Assembly (NCBI GenBank): GCA_947446285.1
Contig: CANFGH010000003.1
Span: forward strand, 33,537 to 97,536
Length of the DNA: 64,000 nucleotides
From: Chloroflexota bacterium
Lineage (GTDB): Bacteria > Chloroflexota > UBA11872 > UBA12225
Direction of reading: 5' to 3'
The translations under genes and the position numbers were made by a program. The notes beneath the pieces are model-generated. The model did not search any database, was not told where the DNA came from, and saw only the letters and a program-made list of their open reading frames with translations. This document shows, in pieces, positions 1 to 9,013 of the stretch. Within the stretch, counting starts at the first letter, position 1; the number at the start of each line of letters is the position of its first letter.

Positions 1-145
1 GTGACTGCAACCAGGCACACGGTGCGAGGCGCTGGTCCGCAACGATCGTGAACTGTCGGAGATGCTCCATCCCGACCAGACCTTGCTCAAACGTGACGAC
101 ATCCGAGTTCGCGACGTCAAGACCCTCGGTCTGGCCGAACCGCAC
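1..145 (-). CDS. fliW: Flagellar assembly factor FliW, 5' portion only (gene runs off window start)
   Basis: Minus-strand translation from a GTG at 145 reads MRFGQTEGLDVANSDVVTFEQGLVGMEHLRQFTIVADQRLAPCAWLQS. This matches the FliW N-terminal signature (F.QGLPGFE ... F.WLQS). It sits directly downstream of flgL, as in B. subtilis flgM-flgN-flgK-flgL-fliW-csrA. Confidence 0.55.
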   Translation of the reverse strand, partial: MRFGQTEGLDVANSDVVTFEQGLVGMEHLRQFTIVADQRLAPCAWLQS

Positions 146-329
146 TACCTGAAGGTGCCTGCTTGCCCGCGCAGTTGCCTCGCGCGCCTCTGAACGACCC
201 TTCATCGCGACTGCTGCCGTTGCCATGAGCGGTTCCACCCCTTGCCGTAGTGTGCGCGCCCATCAGGACGCGTATCAGAACTTGCTGCCAGTCCAGTGAG
301 CGCGTTGCGGGACCCAATACCCATTCGGA

Positions 330-1514
330 TCACCGGAGAAAGTCAAGCAGACTGTTCTGCATGACCCGTGATCCAACCTCAAGCGATGCCTTGTAGATCG
401 TCTGTTGCGCGGTGAGCCTGGTCAACGCCTCAGTGAGGTCGATGTCCTCGTTCACCGAGAGAAGGCGGTTGCCCTCAATCTGCATTGCCTCACGGCGTGC
501 CTGCGCGAACTCGATGTGGTTGGTCTTGGCACCCACCTGCGCACGCATTGAAAGGACCCGATCCGCAGCCACATCGATTGCACCAATCGCGGTGTTCGCG
601 GCGCTGTTCGCTCCGGTGCCGTTCACGAGGGCGGTGTGGAGCGTCTTCAACTGCGCAAGGATCGGCATGAGCGATCCAGCCGAAACGTTCACGTCAAGGG
701 TGGAACCAGGCGCAATGTCATGCGCGAGACCCACACCATCCACTTCAAAGGTATTCATCGAGTTGATAGTAGTGACGTTGTCATTCACGACTATATTCAG
801 ACCAAGATTCGCAAATTCAACCGGCACCGGAGCGGCGCCAGGTGCCGGCTTAGCAACGGTCTGGGTCTCGGTCTTGCCGTCTGCAGCCCGGGTGGCAGTA
901 ATTGTTGCCTGCGAACCGCTGATCGAGACCTCGATGGTGTAACTGCCCTTGGAAGTTAACGGACCAGTGGCAAGAACCTGATCTACCCCTCCCGCCGACG
1001 TCAGGTCTGTCGGGTTCGGGAGCGATACCCCCGTATCTCCGACATACGTTGCGACGCCCGTCGTGGGATCTACAGAAATCGGGACGGTATCGGTCATCTG
1101 ACCCGAAAACATGTGCTGATCAACATCTACCGTCCGGTTCAGCGAACTGATGATCTGGTTCCGGATCGCGTTGATCTCCTCGGCAACCTGAGCGGTGTCA
1201 CCCGCGCCAAGAGTTCCGGTCGATGCCTGCACGGACAGTTCACGAGCCCGGCCCAACAGGTCACCAATGTCCCCAAGGACACTATCGGTCGTGTCGAGCC
1301 AGGTGCGGGATTGTTCGATATTACGAAGGTACTGCTCATCACGGAGGTTCTGCGAGCGCAAACGCACCCCAGCCGCTGCACCCGCCGGATCGTCACCGGG
1401 CCGAAGAATGCGCTTTCCGGTAGTCAGCTGACGCTGCGTCTGCTGCATCGCATCGGCGTTCGCCATGATGTTGGCTGCCGTGTGCTGGGTCAGCATTCGG
1501 GTGGTTACACGCAT
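330..1514 (-). CDS. flgL: Flagellar hook-associated protein 3 FlgL (flagellin-like N/C termini)
   Basis: Start moved to the internal ATG at 1514 (MRVTTRMLTQ...), which has a GAGGACGAGGAAC Shine-Dalgarno sequence. It has a flagellin-type N-terminal helix (GKRILRPGDDPAGAA) and C-terminal helix (LTAQQTIYKASLEVGSRVMQNSLLDFL). Position after flgK. Confidence 0.8.
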   Translation of the reverse strand: MRVTTRMLTQHTAANIMANADAMQQTQRQLTTGKRILRPGDDPAGAAAGVRLRSQNLRDEQYLRNIEQSRTWLDTTDSVLGDIGDLLGRARELSVQASTGTLGAGDTAQVAEEINAIRNQIISSLNRTVDVDQHMFSGQMTDTVPISVDPTTGVATYVGDTGVSLPNPTDLTSAGGVDQVLATGPLTSKGSYTIEVSISGSQATITATRAADGKTETQTVAKPAPGAAPVPVEFANLGLNIVVNDNVTTINSMNTFEVDGVGLAHDIAPGSTLDVNVSAGSLMPILAQLKTLHTALVNGTGANSAANTAIGAIDVAADRVLSMRAQVGAKTNHIEFAQARREAMQIEGNRLLSVNEDIDLTEALTRLTAQQTIYKASLEVGSRVMQNSLLDFLR

Positions 1515-1835
1515 GTTCCTCGTCCTCGTCTGCCCGCTGGTTGCGTAGCGTCCAGCCCCGCTGGAGTTGTGCGAGCCTACGCTGTCCTGTTCCCAGTATC
1601 GGCAGACCCGCCGGAATCTTGAGCGAGCGGCGCGGATTGCCCGGAAATCCGAAACCACATCCTTCGAGCACCCGTTCGTGTGGTCCGCGCCATTCGCGTC
1701 GCACAAAGATGCGGCCGACCCGTGCGGGCCAAACCCGTGAAAACAAAACACCGATCCCGAAGCTCCGGGACCGGTGTGAATGGCTGGCTAGGATCAAAGA
1801 ACCCAGGCACGCCATACGCAATGACTAGTTGAGGA

Positions 1836-3620
1836 CTACAGGCCAACGCGACCCATCCGGTCAATGACCGTCACGAGCAGGTCGTCGAGCGCGGTTATGC
1901 CACGGGCTGCCGCTTGGTATGCACGCTGGAACCGAATCAGTTGCGCCGCTTCCTCGTCGAGATTCACGCCCGAGTTGGACTCGCGACGGGTCGTAAGGTG
2001 ATCGACAAGTGCCTTCTGGGTCGTTGCCATGTCGAGCGACTGCCTCGACTGCACGCCAAGTTCGCCAATCAGCGACGCGTAATAGTCGTCAAAAGTCGAA
2101 GAGCCAAGCGACGACATCTGGGTCGTCGACAACGCGTTGATTGCCAACGAATTCGAATTGTCACCCGTACCAGCGGAGACATAAACACCCGCGGCGCTGA
2201 GAGTCCGCCCGGATGCCCGTATTGCCTGTGTGTCAGACGCAACGGTCGGGCTGAGCGACATCGACGAAGCCCGGACAAGGGGCACCGCAACTGCACCCGT
2301 CGTGGTCAGCGTGACGGTGCCCGTCGTGGAACCGCCTCGCAGGCCAACGACTTGCAAGAAGTTGCTCGTATCGCCGTCCGAGCCGATAGTCCGTCCAGGC
2401 GCATATGTAAGGACGATTTTTCCCGTCGCGTCGTCAATCGATGCCGTGGCGCCAAGACCAAGGGCCGCCGCGATCTCGGTCAGGACGTCATTCAGCGACT
2501 TCGTTGATGGGCTGATATTGATCTGGGTCGATCCGATGGTAATTGAACCAGCGGTGAGCACATCACCCAGCCCGGTGGCCTGCAAGGTGGTGATCGAACG
2601 TTGGGTCTCAAAGAAGTCCGTGCCCGTCGTCATCGTGGCATAGACCCCAAGGCCCATGCCCCTTGCGTGTTGCGCATTCACTTGCGTGACGATTGTCGAC
2701 GCAAGCAGGTTGATCTTCGTCAACTTTTCCGGAATGATCGTGTCGCGCATCTGGAGGAGACCGCCTAGGGTCCCTCCGCTGCCCTCAACATTCCCTGAAC
2801 CAGGCCACCAGGTCAGCGTATGCGAGGCCTTCCCGCTTGCGAGCGGCGTCAGTTCCGCCGTGATCGAATTGGCCCGTGCACCGCTTACCAGGATCCGTCC
2901 ACCGAGGCTTACCGTCGTCGCCCCATCTGTGTCCTCACGGGTCGTTGCACCCGAAAGTTTGGTGATCTGATCAACAAGACGATCCCTGGCGTCCATCAGG
3001 TCATTTGGCCTGTCACCATTGCCTACCGACTTGCGAATCTGGAGGTTCAGGTCGGCAATCCTGAGCGCGACGTCATTGACCTCCGCAACCACGGACATGA
3101 TCTGCGAGTCCTGATCAGACCGGTACTGATCCAACTGCTGAGCGACATCGCGGAACCCCGAAGCCAGCGCCTGCCCTTGCGCCTGCAACTGTGTGCGCGC
3201 TGTTGCGCTTCCCGGGTTGTTGCTAAGTTCGCTCCACGCGTTGAAAAAACGCGCCATTTGCGAGCTCAACCCATAATTCGAGGGCTCGTTGAAGATGACC
3301 TCAACCTGCTGCACACCATCAGTCAGGATCTGCGCCTTCTGTTGAGACGCAATCTGGGTCCGAAGTTGCTGGTCGACGTACGCGTCGCGCTGACGCGTAA
3401 TTTCCTGAACCATGACGCCGGTGCCCAACATGAGCCCGCCGCCAGATGGCCGGTTGTTGCCGGTGCCCGCGAATGGCGCCGTCTGCACCAGTTTCGCTTC
3501 CTGACGCGTGTACCCATCGGTATTCGCGTTGGCGATGTTCTGGTTGGTGACGTCCAAGGCCGTCTGCTGCGCCTGCAATGCCCGCAGCAAGGTGGTAAGA
3601 CCCATGAATGACGACCGCAT
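1836..3620 (-). CDS. flgK: Flagellar hook-associated protein 1 FlgK
   Basis: MRSSFMGLTTLLRALQAQQTALDVTNQNIANANTDGYTRQ is a FlgK/rod-hook N-terminal motif. A long central domain and a C-terminal LIRFQRAYQAAARGITALDDLL helix follow. Start chosen at 3620 (AAGGAAG Shine-Dalgarno sequence). Confidence 0.85.
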   Translation of the reverse strand: MRSSFMGLTTLLRALQAQQTALDVTNQNIANANTDGYTRQEAKLVQTAPFAGTGNNRPSGGGLMLGTGVMVQEITRQRDAYVDQQLRTQIASQQKAQILTDGVQQVEVIFNEPSNYGLSSQMARFFNAWSELSNNPGSATARTQLQAQGQALASGFRDVAQQLDQYRSDQDSQIMSVVAEVNDVALRIADLNLQIRKSVGNGDRPNDLMDARDRLVDQITKLSGATTREDTDGATTVSLGGRILVSGARANSITAELTPLASGKASHTLTWWPGSGNVEGSGGTLGGLLQMRDTIIPEKLTKINLLASTIVTQVNAQHARGMGLGVYATMTTGTDFFETQRSITTLQATGLGDVLTAGSITIGSTQINISPSTKSLNDVLTEIAAALGLGATASIDDATGKIVLTYAPGRTIGSDGDTSNFLQVVGLRGGSTTGTVTLTTTGAVAVPLVRASSMSLSPTVASDTQAIRASGRTLSAAGVYVSAGTGDNSNSLAINALSTTQMSSLGSSTFDDYYASLIGELGVQSRQSLDMATTQKALVDHLTTRRESNSGVNLDEEAAQLIRFQRAYQAAARGITALDDLLVTVIDRMGRVGL

Positions 3621-3690
3621 CGGTGGCTTCCTTTTCTTTCGGTGCAGTAACCGGACGAAGGGACTGCTGTGCTTCTTACGTGAGGGTACG

Positions 3691-4242
3691 TCAGGCTCGG
3701 AGGTCAGCGAGCCGGGGCGGGTCAGCAGTACCCGCCTGATGCGCTGCGCCCCCAAGCGCGCCGTACTGCGGGTTCATCTCGATCGCCTGAAGCAGGCTTT
3801 GGGCAAGGTCGTTGACCGAATCCAGACAGCCTTCGAGGAGGACCCGATTTTGCTCATTCGCCTGCTGAACACGATCAGCAACCGCAACCAATCGGTCACG
3901 CGCTCCTGCAAGTGCTTTCGACTCTTCCGGAGAAACGTGCTTGCAGAGTTCCGTCACCGTGAGGCGTTCCGCACCCAGTCCGAGCCGAGCCGCCAATGGT
4001 CGCAGCAGCATCGTGCGCGCCGACTCTAGGCGACGAAGATGCGCAATCATCGGCTGTTCACGCCCGACGAGTTCTGTCAGGGTGTCGAAATCGACGGCCG
4101 CAAGGGCCAGAAACCGCGACCTCACGACCTCGTACATCTGTGTGTACGTGTCGGACTGTGCATTCAAGACCGAAATCAAGTCCTGGATGACATCATCGCC
4201 GGTTATCGGAAGAGGGGCTGCTATCGGGTTCAGGGGGTTCAT
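3691..4242 (-). CDS. flgN: FlgN-family flagellar export chaperone (candidate)
   Basis: A ~180-aa all-helical acidic protein lying between flgM and flgK, as FlgN/YvyG does. Start assigned to the internal ATG at 4242 (MNPLNPIAAP...); the ORF is open up to 4377. Confidence 0.5.
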   Translation of the reverse strand: MNPLNPIAAPLPITGDDVIQDLISVLNAQSDTYTQMYEVVRSRFLALAAVDFDTLTELVGREQPMIAHLRRLESARTMLLRPLAARLGLGAERLTVTELCKHVSPEESKALAGARDRLVAVADRVQQANEQNRVLLEGCLDSVNDLAQSLLQAIEMNPQYGALGGAAHQAGTADPPRLADLRA

Positions 4243-4388
4243 TCTTTCAACGTACCGGTTGCGGGCGTTCCGGTGTCGGTAGCCTCGATGTGCAGGGCAC
4301 GGCGGCCTCTGAGACTTTTCCGGTGCCTGCACGGAGAGTTCCCACGGGTAAGGGACACCGTCATGCACCGGCAGCAATTGCTAGAGGC

Positions 4389-4682
4389 TTAGTCTGAAAG
4401 GTTGCCTTGGGCAATCATCTTCCCGGCAAGCGCATATTCATCCACGACGTACGAGCCGTCCTTGATTGCCCGCTTGAGTTCGGCAACCAATTCGGTGCGC
4501 ACTTCGGGTGCCTCACTTGCTGCGTGACGTCCCTTGATCAGGGCTTGCGCTGCTGGCGACAGGGTTGTCGCATCGGCATCGCGGCCGCCAATCTTCTTGG
4601 ACTTTGTATCCGGGCTTGCACCCGTCTTCTGTACGCCGTACCCCTGCGCAATCTGTGCGGTACGGAAGTCGCTGATCTTCAT
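4389..4682 (-). CDS. flgM: Anti-sigma-28 factor FlgM
   Basis: 97 aa. The C-terminus (VRTELVAELKRAIKDGSYVVDEYALAGKMI) matches the FlgM sigma-28-binding region. AGGTGA Shine-Dalgarno sequence. Sits upstream of flgN-flgK-flgL. Confidence 0.75.
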   Translation of the reverse strand: MKISDFRTAQIAQGYGVQKTGASPDTKSKKIGGRDADATTLSPAAQALIKGRHAASEAPEVRTELVAELKRAIKDGSYVVDEYALAGKMIAQGNLSD

Positions 4683-4873
4683 GACCGTATCACCTGGAGC
4701 CTTTTGCCCGTGTTACCCGTTTGGTGCCGCTGCCCGCGACCCCCTGCCGGCCCGACTGTCGCGGAGGATCCGCGTTCAGCACATAACCTGCACTGGGAGT
4801 ATCGGCAGAATGGTCCCCGTTCTTGAGTTACATCAAGAAACTCGTTCCGTGGACCCCACTCAGCGCGCCGGAT

Positions 4874-5689
4874 TTACCGGCTACGGATATTGTTCGCAAG
4901 TCCGATCATTTCGTCGAGCGTTCGCAACGCCTGAACTGACAGGCTGTACGCGCGTTGCGCGGTCACCATGTTCGTCATCTCGTCGGCCGTATTGACGTTC
5001 GATCCTTCGAGCGCACCACCGACCAGTTGCCCAAACCCTGCCGTCGCTCCCGGCGTGCCAAGTTCTACCGCACCTGATGTCGCGGATTCCCTCACTAGGG
5101 TCTGGCCGATCTGCTCCAATCCCTCGGGGTTGACGAACTTCGCCAGCGCAACCTGCCCGACCGAGTTGATGACATCGTGGCCAACAAGCTCGTCAAAGCG
5201 GGAGAAGAGAACCTCTCCGGTCGAGCTGATGGTCAGCGACTGCGCGGACGCCCCGGGACCGATTACTACCGGTCCTCCGTTCGGCCCCATGACTGGCAGC
5301 CCATCGGTGTTCACCATGACCCTCTGGCCGTCAACAATGTCAAGCCGGAAGTTTCCGTTTCGGGTGTATGCAAACGTTCCGTCGTTCTGGCGAACCTGGA
5401 AGAATCCTTCACCATAGATCGCAACGTCCGTGGGAATGTCCGTCTGTTCGAGTGCGCCTTGGGTGTAGGTCGGCGAAATCGCCGAAGGCCGAACACCAGC
5501 CCCGACCCTGACCTCCTCGGCATTCGTCGCATACGTGTAGTTCTCGTACAGCACGTCCTGGAAATGGACACGCCCCGCTTTGAACCCAGTCGTGTTCACG
5601 TTGGCGAGGTTGTTCGCAATCGTGTCGAGGTTCAGCTTGTGCGACAGCATTCCCGCAACCGCCGACCGGACAATGTTCGAGATTGGCAT
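4874..5689 (-). CDS. flgG: Flagellar basal-body rod protein FlgG
   Basis: N-terminal LNLDTIANNLANVNTTGFK and C-terminal VNTADEMTNMVTAQRAYSLSVQAL are conserved rod motifs. Start at ATG 5689 with a GGAGAGGA Shine-Dalgarno sequence. Confidence 0.85.
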   Translation of the reverse strand: MPISNIVRSAVAGMLSHKLNLDTIANNLANVNTTGFKAGRVHFQDVLYENYTYATNAEEVRVGAGVRPSAISPTYTQGALEQTDIPTDVAIYGEGFFQVRQNDGTFAYTRNGNFRLDIVDGQRVMVNTDGLPVMGPNGGPVVIGPGASAQSLTISSTGEVLFSRFDELVGHDVINSVGQVALAKFVNPEGLEQIGQTLVRESATSGAVELGTPGATAGFGQLVGGALEGSNVNTADEMTNMVTAQRAYSLSVQALRTLDEMIGLANNIRSR

Positions 5690-5771
5690 CGTTCGCGTCC
5701 TCTCCTGCACCGATTGGTGCGATGATCCGCCGGGATCAGCCGGCGGCGTTCGTCAAAATGTGCAGTGTTGC

Positions 5772-6524
5772 CTAGATCCGGCCGAGATCATTCGCTGCGC
5801 GCTGGGTCATCTCATCTTGCAACTGCACCATGCGCGCGGCTGCTTCGTATGTTCGTTGCGCGACCATGAGGTCCGTCATCGCCCGTGCCGGGTCGACGTT
5901 CGACTGCTCAAGGTAACCCTGTCGCACCGACGTGCCAACCGCCGCCAATGGCTGCGCCAGCTGTCGAGCATCCTCGAACTGCGTATTGCCTACCTTCACC
6001 AGCTGCTGGGGCTCAACGAAGTCAAACAACCCTACCTGCCCGACCACCTGGTCATTGACAAGGATCTCACCGTTCGCACGCATGGTGGTCCCGCCGGCCG
6101 GCAGGGTGATCGGCTGCAAATTTGCATCAAGCACCAGATCGCCACGTGTTGTCACCAGCTGGTTCAATCCATCGCGCCGGAACCCGCCGTCACGCGTGTA
6201 CCGGACCCCCTGCGGGGTCTGGACCGCGAACATCCCGGATCCCTGGATAGCCATGTCCAATGGGTTGTCCGTCGCACGCAACGGTGCCTGCGCATACCGT
6301 ATCCACGTGCTCTCAGTCACCGTGCCATTGACCAGTGAACCGATGTTCGGCGACGACGACCCACCAAAGACCCGGCTCATCAGTTGCTGCGGGAAGGAGG
6401 TGACCCGAACGGTGTCCTCGCGGTAGCCGACCGTGTTGACATTCGCGATGTTATTGCTGATCTGTTGCGCACGGGTCAGCATGGTGACCATCCCAGCCGT
6501 CGCCGCGTACATTCCCTTGATCAT
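5772..6524 (-). CDS. Flagellar basal-body rod protein, FlgF/FlgG family paralog
   Basis: MIKGMYAATAGM...ISNNIANVNTVGY N-terminus and DLMVAQRTYEAAARMVQ C-terminus are rod-protein signatures. Start at ATG 6524 (AAGGA Shine-Dalgarno sequence). Confidence 0.8.
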   Translation of the reverse strand: MIKGMYAATAGMVTMLTRAQQISNNIANVNTVGYREDTVRVTSFPQQLMSRVFGGSSSPNIGSLVNGTVTESTWIRYAQAPLRATDNPLDMAIQGSGMFAVQTPQGVRYTRDGGFRRDGLNQLVTTRGDLVLDANLQPITLPAGGTTMRANGEILVNDQVVGQVGLFDFVEPQQLVKVGNTQFEDARQLAQPLAAVGTSVRQGYLEQSNVDPARAMTDLMVAQRTYEAAARMVQLQDEMTQRAANDLGRI

Positions 6525-6593
6525 GTCAATCCAATCCTTCTGTGCCTGGATGGCACGTAAGTCAATCAATGCGAAGCCAGTGCGGTCCCTGAA

Positions 6594-7319
6594 CTACCTG
6601 CGACCCGCCCGGCCGCCTGCGGCGCCCCCTGCCCCGAACTGGAGCAAGAGCCTGACTTCCTCACGTCCGCGGTTCGTCCGCCGTGCAATCGTGGCGAAAT
6701 CCAATCCCTCAAGGGCGAGGCGCCTCACCTCGGCAGGGCTAGCCGGCGCGCCGTCTGCCTCACTCACCAAGTCCGGAACCTGTGCCGGCATGTCGATGGC
6801 ACCCGTATCGTAGGCATCCGCATCGGCAACCGTGACGGGATACGTCGAGTCCTGACGTGGTGCCACGGTTGTCCAGTCCGCGCGACGGTCATGGGGCGCG
6901 CCGTTGCCTGCACCATTCTTGTGACCGTTCCCAACCAACACCGGCGATGGGAACGCGTCAAACCACCCCTGCACACTGCCTACTTGTGCGCGAAGTGCAG
7001 CAACATCACTCGCAACCCGCTGTGCCATCGCCTGCGCAACCTCGATCGCCTCGCCGAGCGTGGACGCCTGCGTATCGGCCTGGGACAGCAACTCGTGCAG
7101 GCGACCAGTCCGAGTGGCAAGCGCCTCGGCCAGGTCATCGGCGGCCATCTGCAACTGTCCCAGCGTCCGACCGACACTCCCCTGCAATTCCGTGTGCTCA
7201 ACCCGGTCTCGCGCAAGTTCGTCAATCTCGGTCGACAGGCGGCGATGACCCCTCCACCCGACAATCCATGTCAGGCCGAGAGCGACCACCAGAAGCCCAA
7301 TGATGATGTCTTGCGTCAC
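6594..7319 (-). CDS. Hypothetical membrane-anchored coiled-coil protein with C-terminal HTH-like segment; fliA-operon member
   Basis: N-terminal TM helix (IIIGLLVVALGLTWIVGW), then a helical region, then a C-terminus (VRRLALEGLDFATIARRTNRGREEVRLLL) resembling a helix-turn-helix. Its start overlaps the upstream ORF by 4 bp. Confidence 0.55.
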   Translation of the reverse strand: MTQDIIIGLLVVALGLTWIVGWRGHRRLSTEIDELARDRVEHTELQGSVGRTLGQLQMAADDLAEALATRTGRLHELLSQADTQASTLGEAIEVAQAMAQRVASDVAALRAQVGSVQGWFDAFPSPVLVGNGHKNGAGNGAPHDRRADWTTVAPRQDSTYPVTVADADAYDTGAIDMPAQVPDLVSEADGAPASPAEVRRLALEGLDFATIARRTNRGREEVRLLLQFGAGGAAGGRAGRR

Positions 7320-7684
7320 AACCGAATATCCACCCGGCGCCCGCTCACGCCGTCATCCACCACTGTACGCGCCATGGGCATCGCCTCGGCCGCCGCGGCA
7401 CCATCGGCCGGGCGGCGCCCACGTCGGCGCCCGGGCTGATCCTGGGCCCCACTCTCGCCATCAACCAGGTTCACCGGGACGCCGACACCCGTCCGCCGGG
7501 TGGCCGCACCGTGCTCCATTGCACGTGTCTGTTCCAGACGACGTTCCGCCACAATGCGCACCGTCTCACGCGCCTGCATGTCAACCAGCTGAACAGCCCG
7601 CATGGCCGCTGCCTGAGTCTCTTGCACGTCAAGTACCGCCCGGGAGAGTGACATTGCCAACGCGTCAATCCGTGCCGCCATCAT
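7316..7684 (-). CDS. Hypothetical small soluble protein, translationally coupled to fliA
   Basis: 122-aa ORF with 4-bp overlaps on both sides (fliA stop 7681; next ORF start 7319). No recognisable motif. Confidence 0.45.
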   Translation of the reverse strand: MMAARIDALAMSLSRAVLDVQETQAAAMRAVQLVDMQARETVRIVAERRLEQTRAMEHGAATRRTGVGVPVNLVDGESGAQDQPGRRRGRRPADGAAAAEAMPMARTVVDDGVSGRRVDIRL

Positions 7685-8469
7685 TCGGCTCCCATCAATG
7701 ACGACAATTGCGACCTCAGCCGGTGAACTGCACGACCATGCAACTGGCAGACCCTCGACTCGGACACGTCTAGGACCAGACTGATTTCTTTCATGGTCAG
7801 TTCCTGTTCGTAGTACAACGACAGGAGGATCCGCTCACGCTCGGTCAGTGACCGGATCGCCCCCGCCAGGGCCTCCAGCAACTCACCCTCCTCGGTGTGC
7901 TGCAGAGGGTCACGGGCGCTCGCTGACTCAATGGTGTCGACAAGTGCCGACCCTTCACCTTCGCCATCGCCTGACGACATCGGTGTCTCGAGCGAAACGA
8001 CAATAGCCGACGCACTGATGCTTGCCTGGTGGTACTGGTGCATGTCGAGGCCGAGTGTGCGTGCGACCTCCTCATCTGTAGGAGGGCGCCCATACTCAAC
8101 TTCAAGTCTCGTGAATGCCTTTGCAATCTCCTGGCTTCGCTGACGCGCCGACCTGGGGATCCAGTCGAGCGATCGCAATTCGTCAAGGATTGCCCCTCGG
8201 ATGCGCGAGATGGCGTACGTCTCGAACTTGACGCCTGTCGTTGGATCGAACCGATCAATCGCTTCGATGAGGCCAAGCACACCCGAAGACAGGACATCGT
8301 CGGAGTCCATGACGCGCGGCAGCATGATGGCCAGACGCCCGGCGACGTACTTGACGAGCGGCGCATATTGCAGGACCAGTTGTTCACGGAGCGCGGGATC
8401 ACGCTCCGCGGTGAACCGCACCCAGCGATCCGCCACCGCCTCCACCGACTTGAGCGTTCCAGTCGTCAT
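7681..8469 (-). CDS. fliA: Flagellar sigma factor sigma-28 (FliA/SigD)
   Basis: Sigma-70 region 2 (DLVSSGVLGLIEAIDRFDP, FETYAISRIRGAILDELR), region 3, and a region 4 HTH (LTMKEISLVLDVSESRVCQLHGRAV). Correct size. Sits after flhF/flhG/pilZ. Confidence 0.85.
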   Translation of the reverse strand: MTTGTLKSVEAVADRWVRFTAERDPALREQLVLQYAPLVKYVAGRLAIMLPRVMDSDDVLSSGVLGLIEAIDRFDPTTGVKFETYAISRIRGAILDELRSLDWIPRSARQRSQEIAKAFTRLEVEYGRPPTDEEVARTLGLDMHQYHQASISASAIVVSLETPMSSGDGEGEGSALVDTIESASARDPLQHTEEGELLEALAGAIRSLTERERILLSLYYEQELTMKEISLVLDVSESRVCQLHGRAVHRLRSQLSSLMGAE

Positions 8470-8518
8470 TTCTCGCCGTCCACCCGGTCACACGCGCCAG
8501 ACATCTGCAGTCCGAACC

Positions 8519-9013
8519 CTATCGCCCGCCACGCGTACCGGAGTTGGAACCTTCGCGAAGGAGCGAGGCCAGATCCTGGAAGTCACCATCACCGCCAGCA
8601 CCACCGGCCGCACGACCAACTCGGCCAGCACCATTGGGTGCCAGCATCGACGGGTCAACCCCACCCATGAGCCCACGTGAAGAAGGGATCGCCCCCTGCG
8701 TGGGGAATGCACTGACGGAAGAAACGTACTGAATGGTCCGGTGCTTGGCCGCCTCGTCGAGGGCAGGTCCCAAGGTGAGAGCCATGAACCATGAAACGAC
8801 ACCGATCGCGAAAAACGTGAAAAACGCCCACACCGCCGCGGTGAATGCATCCACGCCATTCAGCAATTGGTAGCCGAATGCCAGGAATGACGCCCCGAAC
8901 GCCAAGGACATGCCCCCACCGTAGACACGCATCCGCGTCGTTGTGGGTGCCTTTAGCTTCACGGCCTTGGCCGCCTTGGCAGGCTTTGTCTTTACGGCTT
9001 CTTCAGCGGTCAT
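8519..9013 (-). CDS. Hypothetical membrane protein (Lys-rich N-terminus, two predicted TM helices)
   Basis: N-terminus KTKPAKAAKAVKLKAP, then two hydrophobic helices, then a Gly-rich tail. Start overlaps the pilZ stop by 4 bp. Confidence 0.5.
   Translation of the reverse strand: MTAEEAVKTKPAKAAKAVKLKAPTTTRMRVYGGGMSLAFGASFLAFGYQLLNGVDAFTAAVWAFFTFFAIGVVSWFMALTLGPALDEAAKHRTIQYVSSVSAFPTQGAIPSSRGLMGGVDPSMLAPNGAGRVGRAAGGAGGDGDFQDLASLLREGSNSGTRGGR

Noticed and set aside
117-317. 66-aa minus-strand ORF in the flgL-fliW gap
   Set aside because: Wrong frame relative to the recognisable FliW N-terminus (which starts at 145). Gly/Arg-rich nonsense composition.
1577-1864. 95-aa minus-strand ORF in the 321-bp flgK-flgL spacer
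   Set aside because: It overlaps the flgK 3' end out of frame and has no recognisable features. The spacer more likely holds only the flgL ribosome-binding site.
5580-6338. 252-aa plus-strand ORF
   Set aside because: Antisense to the flgF/flgG-family rod gene. Cys/His/Arg-rich composition.
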